From: Balanoglossus misakiensis
Taxonomy: Eukaryota; Animalia; Hemichordata
DNA length: 64,000 nucleotides
Direction of reading: 5' to 3'
Assembly: GCA_040954595.2 (NCBI GenBank)
Contig: CM082576.2
Coordinates: forward strand, 186,001 to 250,000
The notes below the pieces were generated by a model. That model saw only the letters and a program-made list of their open reading frames with translations, did no database searches and was not told where the DNA came from. Shown here piece by piece: positions 23,882 to 36,931 of the stretch. The position numbers and the translations under genes were made by a program. The stretch's first letter is position 1. Every line of letters starts with the position of its first letter.

Positions 23882-26800
23882 CAGGCGTAGTTTTTTTAAA
23901 AACAAAACTCGGGGTTAGGTCGACACAGAGAAAGATGTAAGGTGTGGGTTTGAACCGCTGATACTTGCCCTGGTTGGCTGTCTAATGAAAGAGTGAACGG
24001 AGACCGCCGCGGAATGTGCTAAGAGTAGCTCAGGCGGCGTCAACAGGGAATCCTAGCCATGAGTATGCTGAGTTTGAAAGGTATATTTCAACACAAGTCG
24101 TCTGTTTGAAACACGAGCCTGATATAATCGTTCTATCATGTTTCCTTAAAATAATATAGTTTTAACTACTTGCACCGGGGGTTATGCAGGGTTTGTATTC
24201 TGTCAAAATTCACCATGAAATGTTTAAGGACATTGACTGAATACTTTAATAATCAGAATGTATTATAGTTTGTGCACCTAAATAACGCAGAGTTTATGTG
24301 TCACATGCTGCAAAGATTCAGCTGCCAACAAATACTGTGGACGTCATATATGTACTGGATGTAAAAACAGGCTGAATGCTGGGAATTTTGTCGTGTTTGG
24401 CCGAATATAGCTGCAAGCTGCAGACGATACACCGAACACACAGTCTTAATTAATTATAAAAGAAGATTTACTTGTCATTTTATTATGCAAAGAAAAGTCT
24501 GCAGTCTGACCATATTTTCTATGGGTTATCATACTCATTGCACTGAGCTTCGTAAGAGAAGACAAACAATTAAATATTCTATGACATTTCTACAAATTGT
24601 CGTAAAATGTATTCATAGTTTTATGCATGTATGAGTTAATGATTGATAAGTCTTATAGACTCGCCACTGCGACCAGGTAATTTCTTCATTTGCAATACGA
24701 CAACAATAATTAAACTAGGAAACCTCGAGCACGAAAAACACACACACTAAAACTGTGTTCTTCTGGTTTCTAGAAAAGGCAACGCAATTTTTTTTTACTA
24801 AAAGCAACTTCTGGTCTAGATAATGTTTATATTTTTCGGTCTTGCATAGTTTAAATTTGCACTAGTTCGCAGAGGCGGAGTTGGCCTGATTTCTTGTCCG
24901 GGAGATGATCTTTCAAGTGTCACCTGCCATGATGATGTCATTGATGCAGTAACCTACATTTGAGGTCAGACTGTAATGTGACAGGATTTTGTTCATTTCG
25001 CAAAATGACAGAGAAATCTCCCAAGTCTTTATCATTTACCATGGAAACCAGGAAGGGAAGTTATGAATATAATACTTTCCAGTTGATATAACTCTTTGGC
25101 AACCGCAAACACTTCGTCGCTAGTTTATTGTTGCAATTTTATAAAACGGCTATTTTCGCAATTAAGGAATTTGTGAAATTTCCGTTACTGTGGTGTAGCA
25201 ACGTAGATATTCCTCTTAACATAAACGGTACAGGGTTTTGTTGTGTCTCTTGCTTCTGTCTTCTGTTGTGTGGCAACTAGCAGGGCGACATATCAGACAA
25301 TCCCACTTTAATCTCTAAATCCCTATTTATGGCTGATTAATTTTGCACTTTAAAAATACATTGCTACGCAAACTATAGCTGGACTGTTATCGTCTCCAGG
25401 ATGCCTGATGGTCGACTTAAATGATAGGCGTGGATTATTCAGAAGAGGCACAAATTATGTCAGATCCTCTAAGTACATTTACAGGGCGTTGATTAATTTA
25501 AACATTTATTGAGAATGTGCACTGACGACTTCTGGATCCAGATGAATATTAATTCCTTAGAGGAGAGAAGTGGCTTTTCACGTGAACCGGTCGGACCTCC
25601 GTTAGGGACGGAAATTTAATACTAGCATTGGTGACAAGCTCACTAGGACATGGATGCGTGTGGGAATAGATGGCATTGGGTTATCAATATGGATTATGAA
25701 TGTTGGTCATCTTCAACTATGCCAGATACCAAAGTTTTTAACATTATATATCCACGTGTAGAATAACATAAACGGTGTCTTGTATCAAACATAATTTATG
25801 GAAAAGGGTAGCGAGAGAGAGACTTTGTCCCTTTAACTTGAACTCAATTGGCTCATATATTCTATTTATTCCACGCTAAATATACACAATATACAACTAG
25901 TTTGAATTATCGGTGGTAGCCTATGATATTCTGCTGTCCTAGGTTATTTAGACATTTATATAATATATTTAGGGACTTTTGAATATATCACGCAAATAAT
26001 ATGATGGTTCTCTCGAGCTCAGTTAAAAATTTGCAAAGCATAAACAGTCTCGCCACTCAGTTTTGCGTCCCGAAACCGCCCACTTTTTACATGTCCAATG
26101 CAGGACACGTACCTGGTTGTCTGGTCAAGGTGACCGGTTGTGCTATTAGTTATTATGTTTGTTTGAAAATACAGGTAAAAACTAGTCACAGTGTCCAGGT
26201 TGATCTGCACATTGAGTTACATCTTGGGGGTAATTTGTACCGCCGACGACGTCAGAGTACAGTTTTTGTTTATAGCGTGAAATATAGATTTGTTTGTTTT
26301 GTTCCGTGTAAGCGAGAAAAAAACTGGGATAAAGAACGGTGTGTGCATCGTGGGGAAAAGCAAATGTAGGTATCGGATGCTCGGTACGGGTCAGTTACTC
26401 ATGCTTCAGGACTGCCGTGTCACCCAGGCATGGTGCTCTCATGACATACAGGGTTGGTGCCTGGGTGTCGTTCTTTACTTTTCTATTCTACTTGTCACGG
26501 TCGGTTTCAAACGCCACTCTGGTCTCACGCACGCTGAGATCCATGATTACTGCCTCCTGGGTATTTGCAACAGAACATCACACGACATAAATAAGTTGTC
26601 TTGGAATTTTTATCCCTGTCGAAGTGAAAAAAAGGTTTGTAAATTCGGAATGAGTCAACGGACAGGAGTAATGATAGAAAAGCTCCCGTTACAAACAGGT
26701 ATTCTGAAAATTTCTCAAAATAAATGCTTTGGGCCTTTAATTGGTCGAATAGCTAGTTTTTACTAGTTTTATTCTCGTCAATAAGAATTGTATTGTAATT

Positions 26801-27067
26801 TATCACCATAACTTGCCCTGTTATTTATTACCATAATACTCGTCATTTATAATCCTGTTTGTACCCACAGGTTTTTTTTTCACACCCTGGGAGGAAACCG
26901 AATGCAGCCCACCGTTTAATATATTTTGCGATAGTTCATCAACCTGGCAAAAGGGAGTGTTTTACATTCTACACACATGCATGCGCACTTAGCATAAAAA
27001 CGTAGACTGTATTGTCTATAGAAAGGAAACTCTGTGCTCATTGCAGTGTATAGTTTTGCAGTATGGT

Positions 27068-27264
27068 TTTGTCATTTTTTGAGCGTGTATGAGCTATAAT
27101 CCATGCATATGACATGAGAATGCCAAAATCACCAAAATTCACAAAGTCAAGAATTTGTCATTTTTTGAGCGTGTATGAGCTATAATCCATGCATATGACA
27201 TGAGAATGCCAAAATCATCAAAATTCACAAAGTCAAGAATTTGTCATTTTTTGAGCGTCTATGA
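27068..27264 (+). repeat. 86-bp tandem repeat, left flank (~2.3 copies); diverged relative of the 88-bp satellite
   Basis: GTCATTTTTTGAGC recurs at 27071, 27157 and 27243. Shares ATGAGCTATAA.CCATG, CAAAGTC and GTCATTTT with the 88-bp monomer in the same order. Confidence 0.92.
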
Positions 27265-30200
27265 CCCATGATTTTTATGAAAAATCGAAGAAATTTCGAA
27301 ATTTCGCAAACTCGAAAACTCGTCATTTTCGGACGATTTTCATGAGCTATAACCCATGATTTTTATGAAAAATCGAAGAAATTTTGAAATTTCGCAAAGT
27401 CGAAAGATCGTCATTTTCGGATGATTTTCATGAGCTATAACCCATGATTTTTATCAAAAATCGAAGAAATTTCGAAATTTCGCAAACTCGAAAAATCGTC
27501 ATTTTCGGACGATTTTCATGAGCTATAACCCATCATTTTTATCAAAAATCGAAGAAATTTTACAAATTTCGCAAAGTTGAAAGATCGTAATTTTCGGATC
27601 ATTTTCATGAGCTATAACCCATGATTATTATCAAAAATCGAAAAAATTTCGAAATTTCGCAAACTCGAAAAATCGTCATTTTCGGATGATTTTCATGAGC
27701 TATAACCCATGATTTTAATCAAAAATCGAAGAAATTTTGAAATTTCGCAAAGTCGACAAATCGTCATTTTCGGATTATTTTCATGAGCTATAACCCATGA
27801 TTTTAATCAAAAATCGAACAAATTTTGAAATTTTGCAAAGTCGAAAAATCGTCATTTTCGGATGATTTTCATGAGCTATAACCCATGATTTTTATCAAAA
27901 ATCGAAGAAATTTTGAAATTTCGCAAAGTCGAAAAATCGTCATTTTCGGATGATTTTCATGAGCTATAACCCATGATTTTTATGAAAAATCGAAGTAATT
28001 TCGAAATTTCGCAAACTCGAAAAATCGTCATTTTCGGATGATTTTCATGAGCTATAACCCATGATTTTTATGAAAAATCGAAGAAATTTCGAAATTTCGC
28101 AAACTCGAAAAATCGTCATTTTCGGACGATTTTCATGAGCTATAACCCATGATTTTTATGAAAAATCGAAGAAATTTCGAAATTTCGCAAAGTCGAAAGA
28201 TCGTCATTTACGGATGATTTTCATGAGCTATAACCCATCATTTTTATCAAAAATCGAAGAAATTTTACAAATTTCGCAAAGTTGAAAGATCGTCATTTTC
28301 GGATCATTTTCATGAGCTATAACCCATGATTATTATCAAAAATCGAAAAAATTTCGAAATTTCGCAAACTCGAAAAATCGTCATTTTCGGATGATTTTCA
28401 TGAGCTATAACCCATGATTTTAATCAAAAATCGAAGAAATTTTGAAATTTCGCAAAGTCGACAAATCGTCATTTTCGGATTATTTTCATGAGCTATAACC
28501 CATGATTTTAATAAAAAATCGAACAAATTTTGAAATTTTGCAAAGTCGAAAAATCGTCATTTTCGGATGATTTTCATGAGCTATAACCCATGATTTTTAT
28601 CAAAAATCGAAGAAATTTTGAAATTTCGCAAACTCGAAAAATCGTCATTTTCGGATGATTTTCATGAGCTATAACCCATGATTTTTATCAAAAATCGAAG
28701 AAATTTCGAAATTTCGCTAACTCGAAAAATCGTCATTTTCGGATGATTTTCATGAGCTATAACCCATGATTTTAATCAAAAATCGAAGAAATTTTGAAAT
28801 TTCGCAAAGTTGAAAAATCGTCATTTTCGGATAATTTTCATGAGCTATAACCCATGATTTTAATCAAAAATCGAAGAAATTTCGAAATTTCGCAAACTCG
28901 AAAAATCGTCATTTTCGGATGATTTTCATGAGCTATAACCCATGATTTTTATTAAAAATCGAAGAAATTTTGAAATTTCGCAAACTCGACAAATCGTCAT
29001 TTTCGGATGATTTACATGAGCTATAACCCATGATTTTTATGAAAAATCGAAGAAATTTTGAAATTTCGCAAACTCGAAAAATCGTCATTTTCGGACGATT
29101 TTCATGAGCTATAACCCATGATTTTTATGAAAAATCGAAGAAATTTCGAAATTTCGTAAAGTCGAAAGATCGTCATTTACGGATGATTTTCATTTAACCC
29201 ATGATTATTATCAAAAATCGAAAAAATTTCGAAATTTCGCAAACTCGAAAAATCGTCATTTTCGGATGATTTTCATGAGCTATAACCCATGATTTTTATC
29301 AAAAATCGAAGAAATTTCGAAATTTCGCAAACTCGAAAAATCGTCATTTTCGGATGATTTTCATGAGCTATAACCCATGATTTTTATCAAAAATCGAAGA
29401 AATTTCGAAATTTCGCAAAGTCGAAAAAATCGTCATTTTCGGATGATTTTCATGAGCTATAACCCATGATTTTATCCAAAATCGAAGAAATTTTGAAATT
29501 TCGCAAAGTCGAAAAATCGTCATTTTCGGATGATTTTCATGAGCTATAACCCATGATTTTTATGAAAAATCGAAGAAATTTCGAAATTTCGCAAACTCGA
29601 AAAATCGTCATTTTCGGACGATTTTCATGAGCTATAACCCATGATTTTTATGAAAAATCGAAGAAATTTCGAAATTTCGCAAAGTCGAAAGATCGTCATT
29701 TACGGATGATTTTCATGAGCTATAACCCATCATTTTTATCAAAAATCGAAGAAATTTTACAAATTTCGCAAAGTTGAAAGATCGTCATTTTCGGATCATT
29801 TTCATGAGCTATAACCCATGATTATTATCAAAAATCGAAAAAATTTCGAAATTTCGCAAACTCGAAAAATCGTCATTTTCGGATGATTTTCATGAGCTAT
29901 AACCCATGATTTTAATCAAAAATCGAAGAAATTTTGAAATTTCGCAAAGTCGACAAACCGTCATTTACGGATGATTTTCATGAGCTATAACCAATGATTT
30001 TTATCAAAAATCGAAGAAATTTTGAAATTTCGCAAACTCGACAAATCGTCATTTTCGGAGGATTTTCATGAGCTATAACCCATGATTTTTATCAAAAATC
30101 GAAGAAATTTTGAAATTTCGCAAAGTCGAAAAACCGTCATTTACGGATGATTTTCATGAGCTATAACCCATGATTTTTATGAAAAATTAAAGTAATTTCG

Positions 30201-33200
30201 AAATTTCGCAAACTCGACAAATCGTCATTTTCGGATGATTTACATGAGCTATAACCCATGATTTTTATTAAAAATCGAAGAAATTTTGAAATTTCGCTAA
30301 CTCGAAAAATCGTCATTTTCGGATGATTTTCATGAGCTATAACCCATCATTTTTATCAAAAATCGAAGAAATTTTGAAATTTCGCAAAGTTGAAAGATCG
30401 TCATTTTCGGATCATTTTCATGAGCTATAACCCATGATTATTATCAAAAATCGAAAAAATTTCGAAATTTCGCAAACTCGAAAAATCGTTATTTTCGGAT
30501 GATTTTCATGAGCTATAACCCATGATTTTTATCAAAAATCGAAGAAATTTCGAAATTTCGCAAAGTCGAAAAATCGTCATTTTCGGATGATTTTCATGAG
30601 CTATAACCCATGATTTTTATCAAAAATCGAAGAAATTTCGAAATTTCGCAAAGTCGAAAAATCGTCATTTTCGGATGATTTTCATGAGCTATAACCCATG
30701 ATTTTATCAAAAATCGAAGAAATTTTGAAATTTCGCAAAGTCGAAAAATCGTCATTTTCGGATGATTTTCATGAGCTATAACCAATGATTTTTATCAAAA
30801 ATCGAAGAAATTTTGAAATTTCGCAAAGTCGAAAAATCGTCATTTTCGGATGATTTTCATGAGCTATAACCCATGATTTTTATCAAAAATCGAAGAAATT
30901 TTGAAATTTCGCAAAGTCGAAAAATCGTCATTTTCGGATGATTTTCATGAGCTATAACCCATGATTTTTATGAAAAATTAAAGTAATTTCGAAATTTCGC
31001 AAACACGAAAAATCGTCATTTTCGGATGATTTTCATGAGCTATAACCCATGATTTTAATCAAAAATCGAAGAAATTTTGAAATTTTGCAAAGTCGAAAAA
31101 TCGTCATTTTCGGATGATTTTCATGAGCTATAACCCATGATTTTTATCAAAAATCGAAGAAATTTTAAAATTTCGCAAAGTCGAAAAATCGTCATTTTCG
31201 GATGATTTTCATGAGCTATAACCCATGATTTTTATGAAAAATCGAAGAAATTTCGAAATTTCGCAAACTCGAAAAATCGTCATTTTCGGACGATTTTCAT
31301 GAGCTATAACCCATGATTTTTATGAAAAATCGAAGAAATTTCGAAATTTCGCAAAGTCGAAAGATCGTCATTTACGGATGATTTTCATGAGCTATAACCC
31401 ATCATTTTTATCAAAAATCGAAGAAATTTTACAAATTTCGCAAAGTTGAAAGATCGTCATTTTCGGATCATTTTCATGAGCTATAACCCATGATTATTAT
31501 CAAAAATCGAAAAAATTTCGAAATTTCGCAAACTCGAAAAATCGTCATTTTCGGATGATTTTCATGAGCTATAACCCATGATTTTAATCAAAAATCGAAG
31601 AAATTTTGAAATTTCGCAAAGTCGACAAATCGTCATTTTCGGATTATTTTCATGAGCTATAACCCATGATTTTAATCAAAAATCGAACAAATTTTGAAAT
31701 TTTGCAAAGTCGAAAAATCGTCATTTTCGGATGATTTTCATGAGCTATAACCCATGATTTTTATCAAAAATCGAAGAAATTTTGAAATTTCGCAAAGTCG
31801 AAAAATCGTCATTTTCGGATGATTTTCATGAGCTATAACCCATGATTTTTATCAAAAATCGAAGAAATTTCGAAATTTCGCTAACTCGAAAAATCGTCAT
31901 TTTCGGATGATTTTCATGAGCTATAACCCATGATTTTAATCAAAAATCGAAGAAATTTTGAAATTTCGCAAAGTTGAAAAATCGTCATTTTCGGATAATT
32001 TTCATGAGCTATAACCCATGATTTTAATCAAAAATCGAAGAAATTTCGAAATTTCGCAAACTCGAAAAATCGTCATTTTCGGATGATTTTCATGAGCTAT
32101 AACCCATGATTTTTATTAAAAATCGAAGAAATTTTGAAATTTCGCAAACTCGAAAAATCGTCATTTTCGGATGATTTTCATGAGCTATAACCCATCATTT
32201 TTATCAAAAATCGAAGAAATTTTGAAATTTCGCAAAGTCGAAAAATCGTCATTTTCGGATGATTTTCATGAGCTATAACCCATGATTTTTATGAAAAATC
32301 GAAGAAATTTTGAAATTTCGCAAACTCGAAAAATCGTCATTTTCGGACGATTTTCATGAGCTATAACCCATGATTTTTATGAAAAATCGAAGAAATTTCG
32401 AAATTTCGTAAAGTCGAAAGATCGTCATTTACGGATGATTTTCATTTAACCCATGATTATTATCAAAAATCGAAAAAATTTCGAAATTTCGCAAACTCGA
32501 AAAATCGTCATTTTCGGATGATTTTCATTAGCTATAACCCATGATTTTTATCAAAAATCGAAGAAATTTCGAAATTTCGCAAACTCGAAAAATCGTCATT
32601 TTCGGATGATTTTCATGAGCTATAACCCATGATTTTTATCAAAAATCGAAGAAATTTCGAAATTTCGCAAAGTCGAAAAAATCGTCATTTTCGGATGATT
32701 TTCATGAGCTATAACCCATGATTTTATCCAAAATCGAAGAAATTTTGAAATTTCGCAAAGTCGAAAAATCGTCATTTTCGGATGATTTTCATGAGCTATA
32801 ACCAATGATTTTTATCAAAAATCGAAGAAATTTTGAAATTTCGCAAAGTCGAAAAATCGTCATTTTCGGAGGATTTTCATGAGCTATAACCCATGATTTT
32901 TATCAAAAATCGAAGAAATTCTGAAATTTCGCAAAGTCGAAAAACCGTCATTTACGGATGATTTTCATGAGCTATAACCCATGATTTTTATGAAAAATTA
33001 AAGTAATTTCGAAATTTCGCAAACTCGACAAATCGTCATTTTCGGATGATTTACATGAGCTATAACCCATGATTTTTATTAAAAATCGAAGAAATTTTGA
33101 AATTTCGCAAACTCGAAAAATCGTCATTTTCGGATGATTTTCATGAGCTATAACCCATCATTTTTATCAAAAATCGAAGAAATTTTGAAATTTCGCAAAG

Positions 33201-36200
33201 TTGAAAGATCGTCATTTTCAGATCATTTTCATGAGCTATAACCCATGATTATTATCAAAAATCGAAAAAATTTCGAAATTTCGCAAACTCGAAAAATCGT
33301 CATTTTCGGATGATTTTCATGAGCTATAACCCATGATTTTTATCAAAAATCGAAGAAATTTCGAAATTTCGCAAAGTCGAAAAATCGTCATTTTCGGATG
33401 ATTTTCATGAGCTATAACCCATGATTTTTATCAAAAATCGAAGAAATTTCGAAATTTCGCAAAGTCGAAAAATCGTCATTTTCGGATGATTTTCATGAGC
33501 TATAACCCATGATTTTATCAAAAATCGAAGAAATTTTGAAATTTCGCAAAGTCGAAAAATCGTCATTTTCGGATGATTTTCATGAGCTATAACCCATGAT
33601 TTTTATGAAAAATTAAAGTAATTTCGAAATTTCGCAAACACGAAAAATCGTCATTTTCGGATGATTTTCATGAGCTATAACCCATGATTTTAATCAAAAA
33701 TCGAAGAAATTTTGAAATTTTGCAAAGTCGAAAAATCGTCATTTTCGGATGATTTTCATGAGCTATAACCCATGATTTTTATCAAAAATCGAAGAAATTT
33801 TAAAATTTCGCAAAGTCGAAAAATCGTCATTTTCGGATGATTTTCATGAGCTATAACCCATGATTTTTATGAAAAATCGAAGAAATTTCGAAATTTCGCA
33901 AACTCGAAAAATCGTCATTTTCGGACGATTTTCATGAGCTATAACCCATGATTTTTATGAAAAATCGAAGAAATTTCGAAATTTCGCAAAGTCGAAAGAT
34001 CGTCATTTACGGATGATTTTCATGAGCTATAACCCATCATTTTTATCAAAAATCGAAGAAATTTTACAAATTTCGCAAAGTTGAAAGATCGTCATTTTCG
34101 GATCATTTTCATGAGCTATAACCCATGATTATTATCAAAAATCGAAAAAATTTCGAAATTTCGCAAACTCGAAAAATCGTCATTTTCGGATGATTTTCAT
34201 GAGCTATAACCCATGATTTTAATCAAAAATCGAAGAAATTTTGAAATTTCGCAAAGTCGACAAATCGTCATTTTCGGATTATTTTCATGAGCTATAACCC
34301 ATGATTTTAATCAAAAATCGAACAAATTTTGAAATTTTGCAAAGTCGAAAAATCGTCATTTTCGGATGATTTTCATGAGCTATAACCCATGATTTTTATC
34401 AAAAATCGAAGAAATTTTGAAATTTCGCAAAGTCGAAAAATCGTCATTTTCGGATGATTTTCATGAGCTATAACCCATGATTTTTATCAAAAATCGAAGA
34501 AACTTATGAATTTCGCAAACTCGAAAAATCGTCATTTTCGGATGATTTTCATGAGCTATAACCCATGATTTTTATCAAAAATCGAAGAAATTTCGAAATT
34601 TCGCTAACTCGAAAAATCGTCATTTTCGGATGATTTTCATGAGCTATAACCCATGATTTTAATCAAAAATCGAAGAAATTTTGAAATTTCGCAAAGTTGA
34701 AAAATCGTCATTTTCGGATAATTTTCATGAGCTATAACCCATGATTTTAATCAAAAATCGAAGAAATTTCGAAATTTCGCAAACTCGAAAAATCGTCATT
34801 TTCGGATGATTTTCATGAGCTATAACCCATGATTTTTATTAAAAATCGAAGAAATTTTGAAATTTCGCAAACTCGAAAAATCGTCATTTTCGGATGATTT
34901 TCATGAGCTATAACCCATGATTTTTATCAAAAATCGAAGAAATTTTGAAATTCCGCAAAGTCGAAAAATCGTCATTTTCGGAAGATTTTCATGAGCTATA
35001 ACCCATGATTTTTATGAAAAATCGAAGAAATTTTGAAATTTCGCAAACTCGAAAAATCGTCATTTTCGGACGATTTTCATGAGCTATAACCCATGATTTT
35101 TATGAAAAATCGAAGAAATTTCGAAATTTCGTAAAGTCGAAAGATCGTCATTTACGGATGATTTTCATTTAACCCATGATTATTATCAAAAATCGAAAAA
35201 ATTTCGAAATTTCGCAAACTCGAAAAATCGTCATTTTCGGATGATTTTCATTAGCTATAACCCATGATTTTTATCAAAAATCGAAGAAATTTCGAAATTT
35301 CGCAAACTCGAAAAATCGTCATTTTCGGATGATTTTCATGAGCTATAACCCATGATTTTTATCAAAAATCGAAGAAATTTCGAAATTTCGCAAAGTCGAA
35401 AAAATCGTCATTTTCGGATGATTTTCATGAGCTATAACCCATGATTTTATCCAAAATCGAAGAAATTTTGAAATTTCGCAAAGTCGAAAAATCGTCATTT
35501 TCGGATGATTTTCATGAGCTATAACCAATGATTTTTATCAAAAATCGAAGAAATTTTGAAATTTCGCAAAGTCGAAAAATCGTCATTTTCGGAGGATTTT
35601 CATGAGCTATAACCCATGATTTTTATCAAAAATCGAAGAAATTCTGAAATTTCGCAAAGTCGAAAAACCGTCATTTACGGATGATTTTCATGAGCTATAA
35701 CCCATGATTTTTATGAAAAATTAAAGTAATTTCGAAATTTCGCAAACTCGACAAATCGTCATTTTCGGATGATTTACATGAGCTATAACCCATGATTTTT
35801 ATTAAAAATCGAAGAAATTTTGAAATTTCGCAAACTCGAAAAATCGTCATTTTCGGATGATTTTCATGAGCTATAACCCATCATTTTTATCAAAAATCGA
35901 AGAAATTTTGAAATTTCGCAAAGTTGAAAGATCGTCATTTTCAGATCATTTTCATGAGCTATAACCCATGATTATTATCAAAAATCGAAAAAATTTCGAA
36001 ATTTCGCAAACTCGAAAAATCGTCATTTTCGGATGATTTTCATGAGCTATAACCCATGATTTTTATCAAAAATCGAAGAAATTTCGAAATTTCGCAAAGT
36101 CGAAAAATCGTCATTTTCGGATGATTTTCATGAGCTATAACCCATGATTTTTATCAAAAATCGAAGAAATTTCGAAATTTCGCAAAGTCGAAAAATCGTC

Positions 36201-36931
36201 ATTTTCGGATGATTTTCATGAGCTATAACCCATGATTTTATCAAAAATCGAAGAAATTTTGAAATTTCGCAAAGTCGAAAAATCGTCATTTTCGGATGAT
36301 TTTCATGAGCTATAACCAATGATTTTTATCAAAAATCGAAGAAATTTTGAAATTTCGCAAAGTCGAAAAATCGTCATTTTCGGAGGATTTTCATGAGCTA
36401 TAACCCATGATTTTTATCAAAAATCGAAGATATTTTGAAATTTCGCAAAGTCGAAAAACCGTCATTTACGGATGATTTTCATGAGCTATAACCCATGATT
36501 TTTATGAAAAATTAAAGTAATTTCGAAATTTCGCAAACTCGACAAATCGTCATTTTCGGATGATTTTCATGAGCTATAACCCATGATTTTTATTAAAAAT
36601 CGAAGAAATTTTGAAATTTCGCAAACTCGAAAAATCGTCATTTTCGGATGATTTTCATGAGCTATAACCCATGATTTTTATCAAAAATCGAAGAAATTTT
36701 GAAATTTCGCAAAGTCGAAAAATCGTCATTTTCGGATGATTTTCATGAGCTATAACCCATGATTTTAATCGAAAATCGAAGAAATGTTGAAATTTTGCAA
36801 AGTCGAAAAATCGTCATTTTCGGATGATTTTCATGAGCTATAACCCATGATTTTAATCAAAAATCGAAGATATTTCGAATTTTCGCAAACTCGAAAAATC
36901 GTCATTTTCGGACGATTTTCATGAGCTATAA
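27261..36931 (+). repeat. Satellite array A: 88-bp monomer, ~110 copies, heterogeneous with multi-monomer duplications
   Basis: Consensus CATGAGCTATAACCCATGATTTTTATCAAAAATCGAAGAAATTT(C/T)GAAATTTCGCAAA(G/C)TCGAAAAATCGTCATTTTCGGATGATTTT. CATGAGCT occurs at 27341, 27429 and 27517, a period of 88. Confidence 0.98.

Noticed and set aside
23946-23956. Pol III B-box (GGTTCAAACCC on the minus strand) suggesting a tRNA or SINE
   Set aside because: No A-box at a suitable distance and no cloverleaf.
27341-27428. CENP-B box, heat-shock element or telomeric repeat within the monomer
   Set aside because: The TTCG motifs lack the downstream A..CGGG. The GAAnnTTC units lack the 2-nt spacing of an HSE. TAACCC occurs only once per monomer.
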